Positions 1-12,122 of a DNA stretch of 64,000 nt are shown in pieces. Every line of letters begins with the position of its first letter. Position 1 is the stretch's first letter. Made by a program: the position numbers and the translations under genes. The DNA comes from the human T2T-CHM13v2.0 reference genome, Homo sapiens, in the NCBI RefSeq assembly GCF_009914755.1, contig NC_060932.1. One strand, 5' to 3'. Under the pieces are notes generated by a model. The model ran no database searches and was not told the origin of the DNA. It saw nothing but the letters and a program-made list of their open reading frames with translations.

Positions 1-1145
1 GAATGAGTAAATGCTAATAAATAATTGATACATTTTCCAACATTGAAGAAGTGCTTTTTTCACTCTTTAGCTTTAAGAAACACTTGTTCAACATTAATTG
101 TGATAACTAAAAATCTATTAAAGGACTATTTTCTGAACTGCTGAATCTAGAAGATAGACAGGGAATATTAAGCAGATGTCTCATGATGTCTTCACCTTCT
201 TCATATTTTCTGAAGAGAACAGGACTTGTACTGGTTGGTATATATAATGGATATATGCCTAGAAAGAAATAATATTTACTAAGGCATCCTAATCATGATA
301 TTAGCTAACATCTATTCGTGTTCCATCATAATTCTAAGTGCATTGTGAAAATTAACCCTCATAACAATTTTAAAAGGAGGATATGATTGTGATGATTGGA
401 TTTTCATCCATTACTCTAATGTCAATGTGTGAGTTCCTCCAGTGAAAACTTTTGTAACACACTTTTGCTGTTAGTCAGAATTAACTCAAATTTAAAATGT
501 TCCTAGCTGAAGAGATTTGTTGCTCATCATAAAGCCCCATTTGCAATGTACAGAAATTGTTGGTGTTTGTATTCTATGAATCCTAAGAATAAATAAAAAA
601 ACAGAATTCACTTTGAAATGAAAAATATTTAAAGACTGGAACTCATAAATAAAAGGAAGGTGAAGTGGAAATGGAAAAATAAGACCTGGGGCTCAGCCAA
701 ATACCTTGTATGCTCTTTGCTTTTGAAAAGGATGAATAGAAAGAAACTTACTTCCACCCATTGCACAGTTACCTGCACATGTTACTCTGTGCATATAAAA
801 GTAAATTTGTGTCTTTATACATACAAAAGTAAAATTGTGACACACAGAAGTTATAAAAGCATAAGAATTAAAAATTAGATTACATAGAAAAAAATAAAGT
901 TATAAACTCTCAACTATACTCAGTGACTTTTAAGAAGAGCCCTATGTATAATTCTTCTCCAGAGGAAATAATGTTAAAATTCTGGGTATATTTTCTTTGA
1001 ATTACATATTCAGTGTCCTTTGAGGAGATTGGGTATTGTAGATAGGCATTTAATTATATTAATAACCATGAGAAAAAACACATCTAATCAGTCAAGAGTA
1101 AAAGAAATAAAAATATTGAAATTGGGCAGAATATTTTAGGATGCT

Positions 1146-2110
1146 TTTAAGATTTGCAGAAAAGTTGTGAAAATGGTATAAAGTTCCCGTATACTCCACC
1201 CTCAGAGTTTCTTAATGTTAACATAGTAAATCAGTATGGTACGTTTGTCACAACTAATAAACCAATACTGATATACTGCTATTAACTAAAGACAATACTT
1301 TATTCAGATTTTCTTAGTGTTTCCTAATGTTTGTTCTTTTTCTATCCAGGATCCCATGCAAGATGCCATATTACACTTGGTCCTCATGTCTCCTTAGGCC
1401 TCTGTAGACAGTGACAGTTTCTTAGACTATCCTTGCTGTTGATGACCTGGCAGTTTTGAAGAGTATTGATCAGGCATTTTATAGACTGCCTTTTGGTTGG
1501 GCTTCATGTGATGGTTTTCTCATGGAATTACGTGGTTTATGGATGCTTGGGAGGAGGATCACAAGGGAAGAGTACCATTCTTCTCATATCATATCAAGTG
1601 TAGGTGGTATCAGCATGACTGTTGATGTTAACCTTGATAGCCTGGTGGGGGTAGTGGTTTTTGAATTCCTCCACTGTAAAGTTATTCTTACCGCCACCTT
1701 TCTGTACTGCACTTTTGGAAAGGAAATCACTGTGTAAAGACCACACTTAATGGGGGAAAATTATGTTCCACTTTTTTGTGGCATATAGAATCATTGATAT
1801 TAATTTTATATCTTAGGCTATAATTTAATGTTTCATTATTTATTTGTCACTCAAATAGTCTCAGTAGTGTTAAAAAGAGCTCTTTTAAGTATGTCCCTTT
1901 TACATACTCCCATTTGTATATGTGTGCATGTGTGCACATTGGAGCACTTCCTAACTTTCTGGTACTATAAGGTTTCCCAGCTTCTTCTTGGACATCTCTA
2001 CTTCCAGCCTCAGAATCAGCAATTTCTTTAAGAAACTCTTTTGTTTTTGGAAGAAATAATGTTACAAACCAAAATATAGACACTAGGTTTGCTCATTGCA
2101 ATCAAGGGAC
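1146..2110 (-). mobile_element. Old L1 3' UTR fragment (L1MC4/5-like)
   Basis: Resembles the antisense L1MC 3' UTR (…ccaggatcccatgcaagat…, …gatgttaaccttgatagcctgg…, …cctccactgtaaagtta…). Confidence 0.6.
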
Positions 2111-2220
2111 ACATTTATTTTTAAAGTCTAATTAAAGCCATTAATATTCTTAAGTAAAAAATCATACCACCATTTTTTTCCCAAAAATCTGCAAACCGCA
2201 TATGGCATGAAGTTTTTGTT

Positions 2221-2456
2221 TCATAAAGTTATAAGGGCTGTCAAAGGTGTTAAGGTAACATAGGCAAGAAGAAAAGGGAACAATAATGTAAAGTATAGTT
2301 TTATATTTCACTTCTTTTCAGAAAATAACTTTCTGATAGTATTCATGGATCTCCATGGAAAAAGCTGATAAGCACTTCCACAACCATTGTTGGGTGTTTC
2401 CAAAAATTATGACCCAGAATTCAAATTAGTTCATAAATTGTTACATTTTGGAGTAT
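2221..2456 (+). repeat. Diverged ~235-bp direct repeat, copy A (copy B at 3714-3949)
   Basis: tcataaagttataagggctg…ttttggagtat aligns colinearly with 3714-3949. Confidence 0.85.
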
Positions 2457-2737
2457 GTTATCTACAGAAAGCTTTTTATTAAGAAGATATGAGATGCTCT
2501 TCTGTAGTCAGTAAAGTATATTTGAAGAGACAAGATGTACACATTGGAGGAAATATTGACAAATGAGTAGTATATCCCTATAAGGTGTATCAGATTTCAA
2601 GTACTTCAAGTTATTTTATAGTTAAAAATTTAAATAAAAAATGTGCAAACCAAAGATGATGATATCCACTTCAATACAACTTTAAAAAGTATGTTTCTGA
2701 CATGCAGCAACTTTAGAAGGGCCTTTATGGCCTAGGT

Positions 2738-3607
2738 CTGTGGTTCTTAAAGTATTGTCTGGAAACTCTTGTTTGTTCCTGAGACCTTTTAAGGAGATGC
2801 ATAATATTAAAACTATTTTCATAATGACACTAAGGTATGATTTCTTTTTTTTATTTTAATTCTCTCATAATCTACCATGGAGTTATCTGGAGGCTACATT
2901 ATCATGATAACTTAGCCACTCATTGTATGCAATGTGTGCAGACACACTTAATTTTTGTGTTAAACTCTTCCATTCACTGACAGAAAACTGAGAATGGTGA
3001 GCCATGCTGAAAGCAAGCTTCCACTTAAATTTTCAGGGCAAGATGTTTCTATGGGTCTATATGCAGGTGTGGCAAAAGAAATTTCTTCCAATATCTTTTA
3101 TTCGCTGTGTGTTTATAAGCTATTTTTAAGTTAAACTTTTTCATTTACTTAAAGAAATGTGGTAATAATGAGCCATTCTGAAAACAATCTTTCATTTAGT
3201 ATTCGGGCTGCATTTGTATGTGGGCCTATAAGCACATTTGGTGAAAGAATCTTCTTTGAATAACTAATTCTCCTTGGTGCTTATGAAGAATTTTTGTTTT
3301 AAAATGTCCCATTCACTAAAATATAACTACTAATGATACTTTTATTGAGTATTCATTCAAGCCACTCAGATGGCTAATGGTATTTGGAGGCAGCATTTTC
3401 TTATGATAACATAGCCACTTGTGGTATGCAATGTGTGCATACAAACTTTATTTTTGTGTTAAACTCTTCAATTCACTGACAGAAAACTGAGAAAAGCATA
3501 TTTTTATGCTTAATAGTGCCTCAGTTTTAGTTATTTACACTACAATATCAATAAATGTAACTCACGTAAAAGCCTTCTGGAATCCTCAATATTTTTAAGA
3601 AAACTGC
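2738..3607 (+). mobile_element. hAT-Charlie element (MER102-like), split by intervening DNA
   Basis: 5' part tggttcttaaagt…gagaccttttaagg…aaaactattttcataat…ggaggctacat (2738-2900); 3' part ctcagttttag…atcctcaatatttttaaga (3519-3607). Confidence 0.5.
2884..2994 (+). repeat. ~110-bp direct repeat, copy A (copy B at ~3381-3493)
   Basis: atgataac(t/a)tagccact…gtatgcaatgtgtgca…tttttgtgttaaactcttc…attcactgacagaaaactgagaa occurs twice, about 500 bp apart. Confidence 0.85.
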
Positions 3608-3611
3608 TTCA

Positions 3612-3709
3612 GTCAGGCATGGTGGCTCAAGGATATAATCCCAACACTTTGGGAGGCCAAGGTGGGGGATTACTTAAGTCCAGGAGTTCAAGACCAGCCT
3701 TAGCAGCAA
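3612..3709 (+). mobile_element. Alu left-monomer/FLAM fragment, 3'-truncated
   Basis: ggcatggtggctca…taatcccaacactttgggaggccaagg…ggagttcaagaccagcct; no A-tail. Confidence 0.85.
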
Positions 3710-3713
3710 ATGC

Positions 3714-3949
3714 TCATAAAGTTATAAGGGCTGCCAATGGTGTTAAGATAACATAGGCAACAAGAAAAGGGAACAATATTGCAATGCATAGTTTTATGTT
3801 TCACTTCTTTTCAGAAAAGAATTTTGGAATAGCATTCATGGTTCTATACAGAAAAAGCTAATATATACCTCCACAATGATTGTTGAGCATCCCCAGAAAA
3901 TATGACCAAAGATACAAATTTGTTCATAAATGGTTAAATTTTGGAGTAT
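3714..3949 (+). repeat. Diverged ~235-bp direct repeat, copy B
   Basis: Aligns with 2221-2456. Confidence 0.85.
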
Positions 3950-4049
3950 CTGTTTTTAAAAAAGAAAAGAAAACTGCTGACTAAATGAATCACTACAGAA
4001 ATTAAAGTCTAGATGTAAGAATGGAAGATGAGTGGTAGTGCAAAGAGAT

Positions 4050-4582
4050 CTGAGACACAACTGAAATAAGGGAGCATATGTCACTACAAATCCTACAGAC
4101 ATCGAAAAAATAATATGGAGACATGATGGCAGCAAATCCAATAACTTAGATGAAATAGATTAATTCCTTAAGATACATAACTTACCCCAAATAATACACA
4201 TAAATAAATCAGAATAACCCCATATCTATTAAAGTACTTGAATTTGTTAAATAATTTCTAAACAAAGACAATTGCAGGTCCTGACTTTTTCACAGGAGAA
4301 TTCCATCAAATATTTAAGGAAGAAATAATACCAAACTTACACAAACTCTTTTAGAATATATAGGAGTAAGAAAAAATTGCTAATGAATTTTATTAAGTCA
4401 ACATAACCTTGATACACAATCTGATAAAGACATTACAGGAAAAAAAATGGTAGGTTAATATAAAGACACAAAAATATTTAAACTATATTAGTAAATTAAA
4501 TGCAACAATACATAAGAAGAGTATTATACCATGATCAGCTGGAGTTTATCCTGGGAATAAAAGATTGGTTTAACATTTGAAA
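4050..4582 (+). mobile_element. Old L1 ORF2 fragment (L1M)
   Basis: A-rich L1 ORF2 hallmarks: cactacaaatcctacagacat, aacttagatgaaatagat, ggagaattccatcaaatatttaaggaagaaataatacca, ggtttaacatttgaaaa. Confidence 0.75.
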
Positions 4583-4747
4583 ATATGATTACTAGTATAA
4601 AACTTCAGATTGGAATGATATCATTCCATATTGGTTAACAATATATTGACTTCAGTTAACAATTTCAATGAGAAATTATGCAAATGTAACAAAGTAAAGA
4701 AGGCTTGATAAAACATATGGTTCAAAGAAGGCAAATGTCAAGCACTC

Positions 4748-4860
4748 TGTAGATTCTGAGGTTTACTCTACTTGCAAACTAACAGAATTAGCCTGCCAAA
4801 ATTTCAAGTATGCTTGTAGAAGACATGATACTCCTGGATCACGTGCTAAAGAATTTTACA
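4748..4860 (-). mobile_element. ERVL-class LTR fragment (MER76-like, tentative)
   Basis: cttgcaaactaacagaattagcctgcc…agaagacatgatactcctgg resembles an ERVL LTR end, and lies next to the pol relic. Confidence 0.4.
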
Positions 4861-5223
4861 AAACTTTCAAAGACCCATTATATTCCCCAGTCTGGCTCAT
4901 GTGGGCCACTCTAGGGAGCATTGTTGAGCAGGAGATTTAACTAAGCGGTTATTATCTTTATGTTCTAGGATCATTTTAATACAAGAGATTCTAAGCTATG
5001 GAATGAGAATTAAGTCTGAGGTCCTTAGACCATTTTTTTTTGTCTAGGTTGTCACCTGGAGGATGTAACAACAAGCAAACCCAAATGCGTTTTCCTGAAA
5101 CTGGTTATGGCCAAAATAAGTTCATATACTCACCCAACATTTTCATTCTCATGATCATCTTGGACATTTCGAAGAGGGGATTAACTGTTTCTGGAGAGAG
5201 CTGCATTTATTAACCGAAGTCTC

Positions 5224-5653
5224 TGATACGGTTTGGATGTTTGTCCCTTCCAAATCTCATGTGGAAATGTGATTCCCATTGTTTGAGGCGGAGTATCGTG
5301 GGAGGTGATTAGAACACGGCGGTCGGCCCCTCACGAATGGTTTAGCACCACTCCCTTGTTGACAAGTGAATTCTCACTCCATTAGTTCATGTGAGATCTG
5401 GTTGTTTAAAAGTCTGGGACTTCCTCTCTCTCTCTCTTGCTCCTCCTCTCACCATGTGACGTACCTGCTCCCACTTCACCTTCTGCCATGACGGGAAGCT
5501 CCATGAGTTCTTCACCAGAAGCTTAGCAGATGTTGGTGACATACTTCCTGTAAAACTTGCAAAACTAATCTGGTTAAACCTCTTTTCTTTACACATTTTT
5601 AAATACCTAGCCTCAGGTATTTCTTTACAGCAAAGCAAAAATGGCCTAACATA
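5224..5653 (+). mobile_element. MaLR solo LTR (MSTA/MSTB)
   Basis: tgatacggtttggatgtttgtccc…caaatctcatg…cctcaggtatttcttta…ggcctaacata; 5-bp TSD gtctc/gtccc. Confidence 0.85.
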
Positions 5654-5659
5654 GTCCCT

Positions 5660-6650
5660 TTATGAGTTGTGTAGACCAAGACAAGGTGAGGTGAGAAATG
5701 TAGTGTTGGAAATATTTTTCAGTTGATTTTTGAGGACATCTTTTCAACACTTGACAATAATTGATATGTGGATAGAGGAAACACAGAAGGTGGATGGAAT
5801 ACCTTGACAATCAGCTCATTGTTGAGTGGCTTTTGTAAATAAAACACACTTATTACAAATGGCCCAAAATCAAGGTGCAGATTGGTTTCAAGGCTCACAA
5901 TGATGTGGGTGGAATCATCTTATTGGACAGAAACAGAAGCACCATATACTGAAAAAGTGTCAACATTAATGAGATACTATCAATAGCCCATTAAAGGATT
6001 CAAAGGTCTGATGTGGTCAGTCTTCCAGGAGTGAATGAGGTCAATCAATACTCCATACCCTGTGCCATATAGCCTTTCTCATTATGAAACAATTAGGTTA
6101 ATTATTGGGAGGAATGAGGCATCTAGCATTCAGTGACAGCTTTTGCTTCAGAAACATATAGTCCTTCATTTCATACACAGGCTGTGATGGTGGATGTGTT
6201 GTCATACTTAGTATGATGATGGATTCAGGCAGGAATGGTGGCAATCTGGGTATTGGAGGCTCATTCAGTAGCTTCATTCCAGTCAGTCTTATCAGAGAAC
6301 AGCTCATTACCATGGGCATTTCCATGAGTGACCCAGACGGTTTGAACAGCAGCTGTAGTTTGTTTCTACATTTCATGGACCCCAAGAGGGATTTCTTTAA
6401 TCTGCCAGTCTAATTTTGCAACTGGCAGACCAAATATCTAGGCATTGGCATAGCCAAAGTCAGTAAAACTATAACACAATTCATCGAGACGAGTATTGGG
6501 AGAACTAAGAGAACGCCTTGAATTTTCCTGCTGAGCAGTGTGACCATGTTTGTTTTCAGTGCTGTGTAGCTGATGCTGAAGGCCGGACAGCTATGACAGC
6601 CCGTTGAATACATTGGAGTTTAGCTCACCTGAAACATTAGTGAGGCATGC
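5660..6650 (-). pseudogene. Decayed endogenous-retrovirus pol (RNase H plus integrase), class III/ERVL-like
   Basis: Manual minus-strand translation gives GHTAQQE, CYSFTDFGYANA and DWQIKEIPL…VWVTHGNAHG…WNEATE (RNase H); A*IHHHT…EC (degenerate HHCC); SWKTDHIRPL…GY**YLINVDTFSVYG (integrase core). Many stops and frameshifts. Confidence 0.8.
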
Positions 6651-7189
6651 TTTTGTTTCAGGTGGAAGTGAGGAAAAATGTTTTCCTCAAAGTGCTCTTC
6701 AAAGTGATGCACCTGGTAGCTGTTTTAGAGAGGTAATTGTTTTGCCCAGAGGAGGAAATAGAGATGAACACTTAACCTTTGGAAATAATCACCTGGCTAC
6801 AGGCAATTCCCCCACCCCCCCCATAATTAACCCTGTAGCTGAAGGCTTCTGCCATATTTGTAAATCAACTATATCCATTGAACTCAGGGATATCTAGTCT
6901 TGATATCCTCTTGATCTAACATCTGACATTATTTTATCCATAGGAATGGATTAAAAGAAAAGCACATTTGAATTTCAAATACATCTGCAATACACAATGA
7001 GATAATTAAGAATACATAATTTTTGGTTGAAAAGATCTCTCTCTCTCTACATATAAGACTTAGAGTAAAATCAAGTAATTTTTCTCAGTTATATATCCTT
7101 AGAAATATCATTAAGGATTTACAAATTGATAGCCATATCTTTGATTTTTAAACTTACAGCACTGTAACTTTAAAAAAATGCATAGTACT

Positions 7190-7511
7190 GGCCAGGTGTG
7201 GTAGCTCACGCCTGTAATCTCAGCACTTTGGGAGGCCGAGGTGGGTGGATCACCTGAGGTCAGGAGTTCCACCTGAGGTCAGGAGGTTGGGAGACCAGCC
7301 TGGCCAACATGGTGAAACCCTGTCTCTACTAAAAATATAAAAACTAGCTGGGCATGGTGGTGAGCCCCTGTAATATCAGCTACTGGGGAGGCTGAGTCAG
7401 GAGAGTTGCTTGAACCCAGGAGACGGAGGTAGCAGTGAGCCAACATGATGCCACTGCACTACAGCCTCGGCGACAGAGTGAGAATCCGTCTCAAAAATAA
7501 AATAAAATAAA
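7190..7511 (+). mobile_element. AluS with internal duplication
   Basis: Full dimer with (AAAT)n tail; cacctgaggtcaggag is repeated. Confidence 0.95.
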
Positions 7512-7559
7512 TGAGTAATATTTAGAGTCTACTATTATAATAAATAGGTAGTTTTACCC

Positions 7560-8372
7560 TTCTAAGAAGTGGGGGGTAGGGGGCATAATCAGTGTCCCAG
7601 TTGTCTTAGAGTGACCCTTCTGCTTTATGAGTTGGACATTGGGTTGGGGTGCTAGCCTCTGATCTTTCTGACTTTTCCTGTCTAGAGTTGAACTTCTGCT
7701 CTATGAGCAAGCTGAAGTGATGGTGATTAGAGCTTTGGTATTCTTGGCCAGGTGTACCTAGAATATAGCCTCCACCCTGTAAGTGGGACTGGGTGGTTGA
7801 AGGAATCCCCCAACCACTCAGTTGCTTTCACCTGGAATTTAACCTTTGCAACATGGAACATGGGCGATGAGAAATGCTAGCAGCTTGTCCCTCCTGGAGA
7901 GACACTATAGGCCTTGCCTGGAGGCTGGGCCAAGAGGGAGCCTCATCTTCTCATCCACATCCACCAGGAGTGATTTCTGTCATGTTGAGTAGGTAAGAGG
8001 GTGCGAAGAGGTGGGTGGCTCACTTTTCAAATGCCATAGACTTTTTTACTGAGATTGGGGAGATTGCCTCAAATTAGTGTTTCTTCATTAAATGTTTGTC
8101 CATAGGAAATATTTGAGAGCCTTTTTTAAAAATTTATATATATATATATAATTTTATTTTTTTTAGAGACAGGGTCTCACTATGTTGCCTAGGCTTATCT
8201 AGAACTCCTTGTCTCAAGCAATCTTTTTGCCTCGACTTTGCAAAGCACTGAGATTACAGGTGTGAGCCAGCATGACTGGCCTGTTTTTTAAATTATTTTC
8301 AAATAATTTTTATCAATTATGGTTGATTTGCTGGGGATTAGACCTGTCGAGCTCCTCACACTGCCATTCCTG
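7560..8372 (-). mobile_element. Old L1 5' UTR fragment (L1M4/L1MD-like), interrupted by a FLAM
   Basis: GC-richer block ending gagctcctcacactgccattcc, typical of an antisense old-L1 5' end. Confidence 0.45.
8151..8281 (-). mobile_element. FLAM/Alu monomer
   Basis: ttttagagacagggtctcactatgttgcctaggct…gattacaggtgtgagcca…ggcc. Confidence 0.9.
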
Positions 8373-8709
8373 TCCTGTAGTCTCCTATATTCTTGAATGA
8401 TTACTTGAGGTAGATTCTCTTTCTCCTATAATTTAACATTGCTGTGCTTTTTTTTTTTTTTTGTAATCTTGGAAGTTGCAATGTATTGTGAAGCCAACCT
8501 GGAATTTTATTACTTTCTCTTTTGTATGTGACTTTGTTCTTTGCATTGATGCTTATAAATTTCTTTTCTTTTCCTTGAAATATATTAACTTTGCCAATGA
8601 GTATGTTAAGGATAATTCTTCTATAGTATTTATACGTATCAATGTATGACTCTTTCTTTCAAAAATTCTTATTGTTCTATATGCAAATATATACAATTAT
8701 GATTTTACT

Positions 8710-9995
8710 TCAGTCAGCCTTTCATTGAGTGACTACTACATATATGCTTGGCACTATGCAGGTTATTTCCTAGAGTTGTAAGTGCTATGAAAATAGGCTA
8801 ATAGAGCGGGGTTAAAATTTTACTTTAGAATGGGCAAATAATAGACTAGATTATGAAGAGACTGTATTTTTGTGGACGGATAAAGGATAAGGAGCAAGCC
8901 ATCTCATACCAGAAGCAAAGCCATGTTCTAAGTTGAGGTAAGTGTGGCACCGGATCTGAGTTGGGAGACTGGAGTATTTTAAGAACAGAAAGAAGGCTGG
9001 TATGGCTAGGACATACTGATTTGGAGAATAACAGGTACAAGGAGATGTCAGAAAGGTGGTCTGAGGTAATTATTCAGGAAAGTTTAGCAAACTATAGCCT
9101 ATAGACCAAGTCTGGCCCACTACCTGATGTTATATGGCTGTCTGTCAAGTAAGAATAGTTTTTATATTTTTTAATGATGGAGAAAATAAAAAGAAGAATA
9201 TTTTGTGAAATGTAAAAATTTTATAAAATTCAAATTTCATTGTTCATCAATAAAACTGTATTGGAAGACAGCCATGCCCATTTGTTTGCACATCATCTAT
9301 GCCTGCTTTTGTGCTACCATGATACAACCACAGGGCCTGCAAAGCCTCTATTTACTGTTTGGCATTTTCCAGAAATAAAAAGTCTGCTGACTCCTGATTT
9401 AGGGCATTCTCAGGTCACTAGGGAGAATGGACTTAATTTTAAATTAAATGGAAAGTTTTTAGAGGATTTAAAGTAGGAAAATAGTGATCTGATTTGCTGA
9501 TGTACAAAGTGGATTGCAGTTGAAGGAGCTGGAGAAAGTAGATGCTGGGAGAATAAATAGGGTGCAAATGCAGTAAAGCAGTACTTGTAAATGAGAGATG
9601 ATTGTGATGTATAAGAGGGCTGTGGGAGAGGGGCTGAGTGGACATTGACAGAGATTTGAGATGTGTTAGAAATAGAAACCATAGAACTTAAGATGGATTA
9701 AACGTAGGTGGATGAAAGAATGGGAGGAATCACAGATGAACCTTGGTTTGGTTTGAGTAGTGGGTAGGGAAAAACAAAAGTTTTAATTTGGAGGTAATGT
9801 ACAAAGGCCATGAGGTGGAAATTTTAAGTAGGTGGTTGGTTATATGAGTTTAGCTTATGGGAAATGACTTAGCTTGAGATATGAATATTTGAGTTGTCAG
9901 CACAGAAATGGTATTTATGGGAATAGATGAGCTCATCTGGGAAGAGAAGGGAACTGGGAAGAGAAGGGAACAAGGAAGAGAAGGCTCAGGATCGA
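8710..9995 (-). mobile_element. L2 fragment, interrupted by MER58
   Basis: Purine-rich antisense L2 motifs (ttaagaacagaaagaaggctggtatggctag; gaaatggtatttatgggaatagatgagctcatctggg). Confidence 0.65.
9075..9396 (+). mobile_element. MER58B-like hAT-Charlie MITE
   Basis: cagg…gcaaactatagcc start, gaagacagccatgcccatttgttt core, gtctgctgactcctg end. Confidence 0.8.
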
Positions 9996-11785
9996 CTCTT
10001 GAATTAAGCCAAACTGGGAAATAGGCAAATTCCCGTCACTGTCTCAAACAGCAAATGTAGAAAATTAAGTCATTCCTTTTAGTTATTTAAATTCATCAGA
10101 TTACTTCAATTTTCTAAGCTTTTAGTATACCATGGCTCTAGATTTAAAGGTGATAGTACATGTTAAATATTAATCGATAATAGGCCACTGTAAAGAGGAA
10201 CTTGTTCGCCACATTTTCATCTATATAGGGGTCAGTGTTTTTTTAAAGAAGCAAAAATCAAAACATGTATTTCCTGATGTTGTTGTTAAAATGAGTTTAT
10301 AATTATTTAAGTTTAGTTTGCTGGCTTTTGTTTACTTTGCATTCATCAATGCATTTTAAGACATTTATTTTTTCCTGTCTCATCTTCTGGCTGCTCTAGC
10401 TGAAGACTAAGGAGCGGAGGGAGAAGAGATAGAGAGAGCTTAATGTACCTGGGAAATGAGAGATAAATAGTCTCCCTTGGAAAAGGGGACATGGTGCCTT
10501 TAGGGGAATGCCATTTCAGCTTAAATAAGAAAGCTTGGAGAAAGTCAAATAAAAGATTGTACAGATAGAGGAGTTTGCTGGCTCAGACCTGCAGTACCTG
10601 AGGGCACAGTAAAAGAAGAAAAAGGTTAAGGGAATAAGTCAGATAAAAGGATGGAGACAACAAACTGAGAATTAAATTAAAGTCCTAGTGAAAATGAATG
10701 TCCAGGGAACCCAAGGTTTCTGACTTTGACAGAGATGAACAGCAAAGCCAGCATTCATCCTGATTAGTCAGGCCAACAAAGGTGTGGGTTATTCAGGCCA
10801 TATTCTTATTAATTAACTTGGCTGCAAGGGTCACTTTGCGATGGGCTCTCTGGAAGGTACTACTCCTTCCTTTAGTCTTAAAGGTGTAGGAGTACTAATG
10901 CTATTTTTAAAGCACATATAAAGGGGTGTTTTCTTTGTTTCTTACAAGAATTGGGTGGAGCTGATCATGGCAGTAGGGGTCATTTTTTGCCTGTTGTTTT
11001 CTCTTAATTTAAAAAAATATGTATTTTGGCATAGGCCCCATGCTGCTTATTCCTCATTTTTGAAATGAGACAGGGATGTAAGCCATGGCACTTAGCAATT
11101 TAAATTTATAAATCTGGAGTAAATGAATTTTTAAACAAATCTTCCATAATTATTGGTGTTTCCTCCTTCAGGAAAAAAAAATCAGTGGGTGAACCCCCAC
11201 ATAGCAGATTCTCCTTGTTATACTTATTTCTGCCCCTCTGACTCTGAATCACAACTGCCTGAGTGATTACTTCTTCCCTTAGCCTTTTACCCAATCTCCT
11301 CCAGGTGTTTCTCCAGAGTCAGAGGAGGGAATGTGGAAAGCAAAGATAGCTTGTATAGCATTTCTGCTTTAGCCCTGCTCTTCTGCTATTCTGAAGCTGG
11401 AACTTGGTCTTTTCAAGCATGTCCTCTGCTTCTCCCATGATCCACCAATTGTGTCAGAATCATTATTCCACGTAAGAAGCATTCCTTGAGTAGCTTTACA
11501 GACGTTTGATGAAATCTGTCCCTTAAGTGAGATCTGAGCATGTATTTGGTGGAAGGAAGACTAGCAATGTCTCTTCTACTCCATATCTATAACTTCTGAT
11601 AGTTTTACCAACTCCTCATCATCTGGTCGAAAGCCCACCAAATTTGAAAAACATTTTCTTTTTAAGTTGGTGACATGAATCTTTCCTCATTCCAATACTT
11701 TTGACAATTTTTGTTGTATTTGATGGGTTCCAGATTAGTATGTAGACCAAAAATATCATCTGCCAGAGATTCTAAGAGTAGGGAC

Positions 11786-11989
11786 ATAGTACAGGGTAAT
11801 GGTCAAGAAAAAAGATTCTGCAGAGACAGACTGCCTGGGTTTCGGTCATAACAGCAACCTTTAACTCTGCAGTCTCAGAAACCAACTTATATTGTCTCTC
11901 TTTGCCTCAGTTTCTTATACATGTAAAAGTATAATGAGAGTATCTGTATTATAATATTGTTGTAGAAATTAAATATACATGCAGACATA

Positions 11990-12033
<44 letters not shown>

Positions 12034-12122
12034 ATATATATATATAATTTAGACTAGTACCTGGCATAGAAGTACCATATCATTGTTAAATGTTATATTA
12101 TTGTTGCTATTGCTATTATTAT
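11786..12122 (+). mobile_element. MIR SINE
   Basis: agacagactgcctgggtttc…tgcctcagtttcttatacatgtaaaa…tacctggcatagaagta. Confidence 0.7.
11991..12046. repeat. Compound (CA)n(TA)n microsatellite
   Basis: Read directly from the sequence. Confidence 0.95.

Noticed and set aside
752-786. Possible 35-nt minus-strand micro-exon (…atatgcacag|…ggaa|gtaagt)
   Set aside because: Isolated, with a competing internal donor, no partner exons and no recognisable peptide.
2221-3949. Apparent ~500-bp periodicity (repeat spacings of about 500 and about 1490)
   Set aside because: Intermediate positions show no sustained similarity, so this is not a tandem array.
6098-6897. Cluster of overlapping ORFs suggesting a processed pseudogene of a cellular gene
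   Set aside because: The meaningful frame is a different, stop-containing one that matches retroviral pol. The listed ORFs are shadow frames.
9937-9984. Short tandem duplications (17-mer here; also ~25711-25754, ~41890-41950, ~44276-44303)
   Set aside because: Ordinary slippage duplications with 2-3 copies and no spacers. They are not CRISPR-like.
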